Positions 58,611 through 64,000 of a DNA stretch of 64,000 bases are shown here, piece after piece. Positions within the stretch are counted from its first letter, which is position 1. Every line of letters begins with the position of its first letter. Origin of the DNA: an uncultured Methanotrichaceae archaeon. Lineage in GTDB: Archaea; Halobacteriota; Methanosarcinia; Methanotrichales; Methanotrichaceae. Where the stretch lies: positions 29,234 through 93,233 of the forward strand of contig CAZHNU010000005.1 of assembly GCA_964534145.1 (NCBI GenBank), written 5' to 3'. The notes beneath the pieces were generated by a model that saw only the letters and a program-made list of their open reading frames with translations, searched no databases and was not told the DNA's origin. Both the position numbers and the translations under genes were made by a program.

Positions 58611-60896
58611 TTATTCAGGTACTATCTTCATTCCCCACCGGTTGAGCTTGCCCATATCCTCCGCGGCAGTATCCCCAACTTTGAGCTGCCACCTGCCCTT
58701 TATGGACTCGCCGATGAGCCTCTCCAGCTCCGGAGCCGATGCCGTCGAGTAGGTTTTTATGAGGCTGTCGCTGTCGTCGTCTGCCGGATGCTGAAGAACT
58801 GCGCTTTTGCCCCCAGGGGAGATCAGGTTTATCACAAGGTCGCCGATGTAGGTATGCGTAATATCGATGGACACCTCCAGGTTTTTCACAGTCCCTGCAG
58901 CGTCCACATCGATTGAGCGCAAAACTCCGGAAGGATCGTTGTCGGGAATCTTAACGGCCGAGATATCCTCAACCTCGATGACTCTGCTTACCCGGCCGTC
59001 GATCTCAAGGCTCCAGCTGTCGAGGACGCCTGCATCTGATGCCGCAACGTCCTGTATCCACAGCGTCCAGTCGCCCTTTACGGGCTGGTTGATGAGGTCT
59101 CGAAGCGCCGCCGAGGATGATTCGTCCAGGGTAACCTTAAGCTCGCCTGCGCCCGCGCAGTTCCTATCGTAAAGCACTGCCTGGAGCCCTGTGGGCGATA
59201 TCAGGACCACCCTTAAGTCTCCGGTCCAGGGATGCGTAATGCCGATCCCTACCTTTAGAGATGATACGGTCCCCTCTCCGTCAAAGCTAATGATGTCTCG
59301 AACTCCTGTCTCATCGCCGTCGGGTATGGGCTTTTTGGCCTCTGAGATTTTATGGTACTTGTTTTCGCCCTTTTTAATCGACTTTAGGCGTATTTCCCTT
59401 CCGGGGCTGCCGATCTCGATGATTTCCAGGCCCGACGGAGTGCCGTCCCACCATTTGCTGCCGGGCCCTGTGGAGCTGCCGAAGCCCGGGTTGACCTCCT
59501 GGCTGTGAAGATCTCTGCCGTCACCGATATTGGCCTTCAGCTCTAAATCAAAGAGGTTGTCAGCCTGTTCAAGAGAGCATTCGTAATGCTTCTTGGGCTT
59601 CATGTCCTCGAAGTCGTTGCTTCCAAGCTCGTCCACATGCCAGATGGCAAGTCCTGAGCAGGGAAGCGAGCTGTCGCGCCCTTCCTGAAGCCTGTTCTCA
59701 ATGAGGAAGTATTCTGTTGGGCTTTTGCCCTTTATGAGGAAGTCGTTTTCGCCTGCCTTCACAATATGCTCGCCCTCGGCTATCGGCGTCACTTTGTCTG
59801 CCCATCCGGCCTTATATTTCAGGTAGGCGCAGACCTGCACAGGGTTCTTTCTGTCGCGTCCGCCAGAGCACATCAGGCAGTAAATGCCAACGCCGTATGA
59901 TTGGGGTGAATTGAAGGGATCATCCCGCCCGTAATCGTACAGGTCCGGGAAGTTGCAGACCATGTGGCCGTTTTCATGACAGAAAGTGGCTATCGAAAGC
60001 TCATATCCCATATCGGTGATCTGGTAATCGTGGACCTTTCTGTTGCGGCCCACCTCATAAGGCCAGTTGAGATGGTAGGAATGAGGCCACAGCCCCTCGG
60101 CCCAGTTGTTGGTGCGGATGCCCGCATAAAACACATTCACAGCATAAATGTAGCCCTCTTCATCAGCACTTAGGCGACTGAAATCGAATCTCTTCTCCTT
60201 TAAATCGGCGAGCGCCTCCTCGATCAGCTCTACAGCTCTCTCCGGCTGAGGGATGTCCCTGTTCGTGTAGTAGTCCTTGGATTTTTTTGCTGTGTAATAG
60301 GGGGCGACAATATTGGTGTACTTCAGTTTCCCTCCAGACACATCGAAGAAATAATCGAATACCGATCCAGCATTTCCAAATCCGCTGTAGCCCTTTTTAT
60401 TGCAGAAATCATCAATGTCCTGCTGCGAAATGCTGCCCTGGTCGTCGGGGAACTGAATGGGGATGCACAGGCCCACGTAATCTCCCTTCGTTTCCTCCTT
60501 TGGAGGAGCGCGGAAGACGCCCGGGGCGAGGGATGCCAGCCTTTGCGCCTCCTTTGTCCTTTCCCGCCGCATCTCCCACCGGCTTTTGGATCCCATCGGC
60601 TCGTATGCCACACGGGAAATCCTCATTGCGCCATCCCTTGCTCCGCGCAGGTGCTTTTCTATGCGAAGTTTTTTTGGATCTGTCTTGCCTACATCGGCGC
60701 CGGTTGTTATGAGGTAGTTCTTATCCTCAGACAGCTTGGCATACTGATAAAAACCTGTGAGAGGGTCTTTGATGACCGTATAGCCCTCAAGCGTTTCAAA
60801 AACAGAATAATTCTGATTTCCCCAGCCTAAAAGCGCAATCCTGCTTCCATCAGGCTGTGTGAATTCAAATTGCTCTCCATAAAATGGGTATGGCAT
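58611..60896 (-). CDS. M6-family (immune inhibitor A-like) metalloprotease with two C-terminal proprotein-convertase P-domains
   Basis: HENGHMVCNFPDLYDY zinc site. The P-domain signatures are GIGITHPWTGDLRVVLISPTGLQAVLYD and SIDITHTYIGDLVINLISPGGKSAVLQH. The N-terminus MPYPFYGEQFEF is not signal-like. Confidence 0.85.
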   Translation of the reverse strand: MPYPFYGEQFEFTQPDGSRIALLGWGNQNYSVFETLEGYTVIKDPLTGFYQYAKLSEDKNYLITTGADVGKTDPKKLRIEKHLRGARDGAMRISRVAYEPMGSKSRWEMRRERTKEAQRLASLAPGVFRAPPKEETKGDYVGLCIPIQFPDDQGSISQQDIDDFCNKKGYSGFGNAGSVFDYFFDVSGGKLKYTNIVAPYYTAKKSKDYYTNRDIPQPERAVELIEEALADLKEKRFDFSRLSADEEGYIYAVNVFYAGIRTNNWAEGLWPHSYHLNWPYEVGRNRKVHDYQITDMGYELSIATFCHENGHMVCNFPDLYDYGRDDPFNSPQSYGVGIYCLMCSGGRDRKNPVQVCAYLKYKAGWADKVTPIAEGEHIVKAGENDFLIKGKSPTEYFLIENRLQEGRDSSLPCSGLAIWHVDELGSNDFEDMKPKKHYECSLEQADNLFDLELKANIGDGRDLHSQEVNPGFGSSTGPGSKWWDGTPSGLEIIEIGSPGREIRLKSIKKGENKYHKISEAKKPIPDGDETGVRDIISFDGEGTVSSLKVGIGITHPWTGDLRVVLISPTGLQAVLYDRNCAGAGELKVTLDESSSAALRDLINQPVKGDWTLWIQDVAASDAGVLDSWSLEIDGRVSRVIEVEDISAVKIPDNDPSGVLRSIDVDAAGTVKNLEVSIDITHTYIGDLVINLISPGGKSAVLQHPADDDSDSLIKTYSTASAPELERLIGESIKGRWQLKVGDTAAEDMGKLNRWGMKIVPE

Positions 60897-61328
60897 GTCC
60901 GCGTCCTCCTGGATCTCCGCACATATGTAGGATTTTCAGTCATGATCATTCACTATGGTTAAAAGCTTTTCTGAGAATAAGAATGAAATTATTATCCATA
61001 CAACTATTGTTCTGTCTTATTGTATTTGGAAAATGATTATATTATGTCGTGAGGACTGGACTCAAAGACGGCATATCCCCTCGAAAGGCCGTCGGGCAGC
61101 CCGGAGAGACATTTGCCCTCTGTCTCGTTCAATCTCGACCGCGACCATTCCGGACTGCCAAAAGACTTTAGCTTGGCAGCATGCCCGTGAATACCTCATT
61201 TCGGTCCGGCAAAGGAGCGGTGCACGGGCACTGCCATCCCTTGCTTAAATCAGGCATCATTAATCTCTTAAGAAAATGATATAAATAAAGCCATAACAAC
61301 AACTCATCGATCAAAAGCCCCAATATAT

Positions 61329-62129
61329 TTAAATTGCGCTAATATACATAAGTCTCCTCTCATTGAGATATCCTTTCACCTGACTGCAAACGACCTGCAT
61401 ATCACCGTCCTTTGGCAGAGAGTTCATCAGCATTTCCAGATACGGCTCTTCCAGCACCAAAGAAACTGTGACGGGAAAGTTGAGATCGAAAACCCAGCTG
61501 AGATACATGAGCCGCATATCGTTAAGATTTTCAAGTTTGTCAATCCTGACCATCCTGCGGTTTGAGATGTCCTCTACAGCCCCTTTTGAGTCCCCGGGCT
61601 TTTCAGATAGCCCAAAATCCAGCGCAGAGTTGGGCTGAAGCACTCTCTTGCGGAAATGATCTGTTATGACCTTGAGAATGTCCAGCTTATCGGCATCTCT
61701 GATTATCCTGGAGAACAGGAGGACATCCGATTCCTCGTCATAAGGGATATCGTATTTATTATGGTTCCAGATGGCTCTTTGGAGGACTATCCTTTCCACC
61801 TCAGTTAAGCCTTCAAGAGGTGCAGATTCATTTAGCAGGTTGACACCAAGGGCTGCATGGTCCATGGAAACCTTATCGCTGAATGTATTATGCCGCCGGA
61901 GCTGCTCGAATCTCCCTAAATCATGGAACAGCGCGACGGCCTCGGCGAGGCAGAGCTTTTCCCCACCCAAGTGGAGGGATCTGGCAATTTTTACGGCATT
62001 ACCGCAAACTCTAAGCGTGTGCAATCTCTTGAGGTCGATGTTTTCCTGTAGCTTTCTGTCAGGGGATTTAAAGTTTTCAACGTACGATTCAAACCACTCG
62101 TGACAAAAAGCGAGATGCGTTTCATTCAT
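61329..62129 (-). CDS. HD-domain phosphohydrolase
   Basis: HTLRV...ALFHDLGRFEQ...DHAALG...RDADKLDIL. Confidence 0.8.
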   Translation of the reverse strand: MNETHLAFCHEWFESYVENFKSPDRKLQENIDLKRLHTLRVCGNAVKIARSLHLGGEKLCLAEAVALFHDLGRFEQLRRHNTFSDKVSMDHAALGVNLLNESAPLEGLTEVERIVLQRAIWNHNKYDIPYDEESDVLLFSRIIRDADKLDILKVITDHFRKRVLQPNSALDFGLSEKPGDSKGAVEDISNRRMVRIDKLENLNDMRLMYLSWVFDLNFPVTVSLVLEEPYLEMLMNSLPKDGDMQVVCSQVKGYLNERRLMYISAI

Positions 62130-62256
62130 AAGCAGATTTTACAGATGCCGCATCGCCTATTAAAGTCTTTCCAGTTGCCTGCGGGCTGCTGCAGCGGCCG
62201 CCGCTGCCGACGATGTCAAGACTTAAGCACTATTAAAAGGCTCCTCTTGCCGCAGC

Positions 62257-63204
62257 TCAGCGCTTTGATCTAAGGCATGCCAGAGCCTCTTTAAGGAGAT
62301 AAGGCCGGTTAAATCCCAGCCGGGCCGTCCTCAGCAGCCCCATGCTCATGAAAAAGGGAAGCGTTTGGGTAATCCTTTTGAACTCGTCAATGCCATGGCT
62401 GTAATGCCATAGAAAATGGCCTATATAGGGCTCAGCCCTCTGGTCATCACCCTTATGTCTGGCAAAAAAGTGCTTTAGTTCAGCTGCTATAATTCCCAGG
62501 TCGTGAACGAAATTGGCATGCTCCCAGGAGCTTTCGAAATCCATGAGGATTAGCTTATCGTGGTTGAAGACGAGGTTCATCGGATTTGGATCGTTATGTA
62601 TTCTGCAGCCATAAGGCTGATCGATTAAGCTGCTGTACCACCATTCTCCCAGCAAGTTGTTGATCTCCAAACGCTTTTTCCAGTCAAGCCTCAGATGATC
62701 CAGGATTTTATGAAAATGAGCAAACTCATAATGCTTTCTATAGTCCGATCTTGTATGGTCGTGAAGCCTTCTGAGAGTCAGGGCAGTCGTTGTGAGCCGG
62801 TCGTACAGGCCGTCCTCGTTTTTCATGAACTTAAAAAGCAGTTTGCCTTTTGCATGCTCGGTTACTAAGACGCAGTGGTAGTCCTTGCAGACTGCAATCG
62901 GTCTAGGCACGTTTACTATTTTTTCAAGATTTTTGAGAATATCGAATTCCTTCAGCATCGATTTGGCCGGATCATAGTGATTCAGTCTCCCTGTAGGCTC
63001 AGCGCAAAATTTGGCTACAACACTGTAACTCTCCCCAATGAACTCATATCTGCAAACGGTATGTGATGCGGGGCTGATTTTATAGACCGCCACCTTGCAC
63101 CTTTTATTGCCTATTCTTTCGCCGGCTATTTCTATCAGCCAATCCCTGAATGTGTCTCCGGGCCTCAAGGTACTGACATGCTTTTCCGATAGCATAGCTT
63201 GCAT
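62257..63204 (-). CDS. Aminoglycoside phosphotransferase/choline-kinase-like (protein-kinase-fold) protein
   Basis: Catalytic loop IHNDPNPMNLVF and the metal-binding LILMDFE. Confidence 0.7.
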   Translation of the reverse strand: MQAMLSEKHVSTLRPGDTFRDWLIEIAGERIGNKRCKVAVYKISPASHTVCRYEFIGESYSVVAKFCAEPTGRLNHYDPAKSMLKEFDILKNLEKIVNVPRPIAVCKDYHCVLVTEHAKGKLLFKFMKNEDGLYDRLTTTALTLRRLHDHTRSDYRKHYEFAHFHKILDHLRLDWKKRLEINNLLGEWWYSSLIDQPYGCRIHNDPNPMNLVFNHDKLILMDFESSWEHANFVHDLGIIAAELKHFFARHKGDDQRAEPYIGHFLWHYSHGIDEFKRITQTLPFFMSMGLLRTARLGFNRPYLLKEALACLRSKR

Positions 63205-63327
63205 TATAAACCGCTGATCAATGGTTATATACTTTCGCTAAAAAATTATTGAAAAATGAATTCCTTAGATTTCGGCCATCAAAGGTTGACAGAGATTTTT
63301 ATATCTTAAGCGCCCTTAGGCCCCTGG

Positions 63328-64000
63328 ATGAAACGGATATTGGTTACCAATGATGACGGCGTTTACGCCTCCGGCCTGCATGCTGCAGCAAAAAGCGTTT
63401 CTGATTTAGGAGATGTTGTAGTGGTTGCGCCGTCAGGACAAAAAAGTGGGGTTGGAAGATCCGTATCCGTCTTTGAGCCCCTGCGCTATGCGAAGCTTCA
63501 CATGAATGGGCAGGAGGCATATGCCGTTACCGGAACCCCCACCGATTCTGTGATCATCGGCATATTCGCCATAATGAAAGGAAAAATTCCCGACCTCGCG
63601 GTTTCAGGAATCAACGTTGGGGAGAACATCAGCACCGATACAGTCACCACCAGCGGGACGATAGGCGCTGCCCTTGAGGCTGCCAGCTACGGAATACCGT
63701 CCATTGCAGCATCCATCCAGGTGATCGATCAGGGAGACAAGTTCGACCTTCACCACGGGACCAAGTACAGCTTCGACGTTGCAATGAAGGTCCTTCAGAG
63801 AGTGGCGAAGAAAGTCCTGGAACACGGTCTTCCGCATGGCGTAGACATTCTCAACCTGAACGTCCCTGCATCGGCAACTGAAAACACAGAGATTAAGGTA
63901 ACCAGACTTGCAAGGAAGATCTTCAAGACGTCTGTTCAGGAAAGGTTTGATCCGAGGGGGAGGCCTTATTATTGGATCGACGGCGATCTGATATGCTGCG
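63328..64000 (+). CDS. surE: 5'/3'-nucleotidase SurE (3' end beyond the window)
   Basis: Absent from the ORF track because there is no in-window stop. My translation is MKRILVTNDDGVYASGLHAAAKSV...VVAPSGQKSGVGRS...SGINVGENISTDTVTTSGTIGAALEAASYGIPSIA. Confidence 0.9.
   Translation, partial: MKRILVTNDDGVYASGLHAAAKSVSDLGDVVVVAPSGQKSGVGRSVSVFEPLRYAKLHMNGQEAYAVTGTPTDSVIIGIFAIMKGKIPDLAVSGINVGENISTDTVTTSGTIGAALEAASYGIPSIAASIQVIDQGDKFDLHHGTKYSFDVAMKVLQRVAKKVLEHGLPHGVDILNLNVPASATENTEIKVTRLARKIFKTSVQERFDPRGRPYYWIDGDLICC

Noticed and set aside
1-64000. A check for CRISPR arrays, rRNA genes and recoding (in-frame TAG/TGA joining adjacent same-frame ORFs, as for pyrrolysine or selenocysteine genes)
   Set aside because: I did not see any regularly spaced 25-40-bp repeats with unique spacers, any rRNA-like sequence, or any adjacent ORF pairs that would merge through a single in-frame stop. 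This was a by-eye inspection only.

Overview
The window looks like a chromosomal segment of a methanogenic euryarchaeon. Supporting markers are a thermosome, ribosomal protein L21e, RNA polymerase subunit F, Pus10, TrmY, the chromatin protein MC1, and an intron-containing tRNA-Tyr with a C1:G72 pair. MC1 together with the bacterial-type GrpE-DnaK-DnaJ set points to Methanosarcinales or Methanotrichales; that placement is inference, and no search was run.

Genes are densely packed on both strands, and many have GGAGG-like ribosome-binding sites.

Core content:
- cysK-cysE
- a CopB-type P-type ATPase
- pstB-phoU-phoU(AbrB)
- thermosome and grpE-dnaK-dnaJ
- a hybrid histidine kinase plus Hpt protein
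- pyrF, trmY and pus10
- the conserved archaeal L21e-RpoF-DUF655-KsgA cluster
- MC1 and surE

Accessory or bacterial-like content:
- a decayed RhuM gene
- an orphan MbtH-like gene
- an endonuclease V gene destroyed by a truncated IS200/IS605 TnpB remnant
- acetolactate decarboxylase
- a large Cys-type arylsulfatase and a DUF1254/DUF1214 protein
- an S9 peptidase, methyltransferase and cyclase run
- an M6 metalloprotease with two P-domains

Most interesting candidates:
1. An operon (43.9-49.0 kb) in which an AMP-forming acyl-CoA synthetase carries the ferredoxin (delta-like) module of the adjacent 2-oxoacid:ferredoxin oxidoreductase.
2. A membrane-anchored protein built from six CxxC...CxxC knuckles arranged as a duplicated triplet (36.3-37.5 kb).
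3. A divergent GAPDH paralog with a degenerate dinucleotide-binding loop.
4. A CysE-DUF59 fusion.
5. Several short tandem or palindromic intergenic repeat arrays.

I saw no rRNA genes and no CRISPR array.
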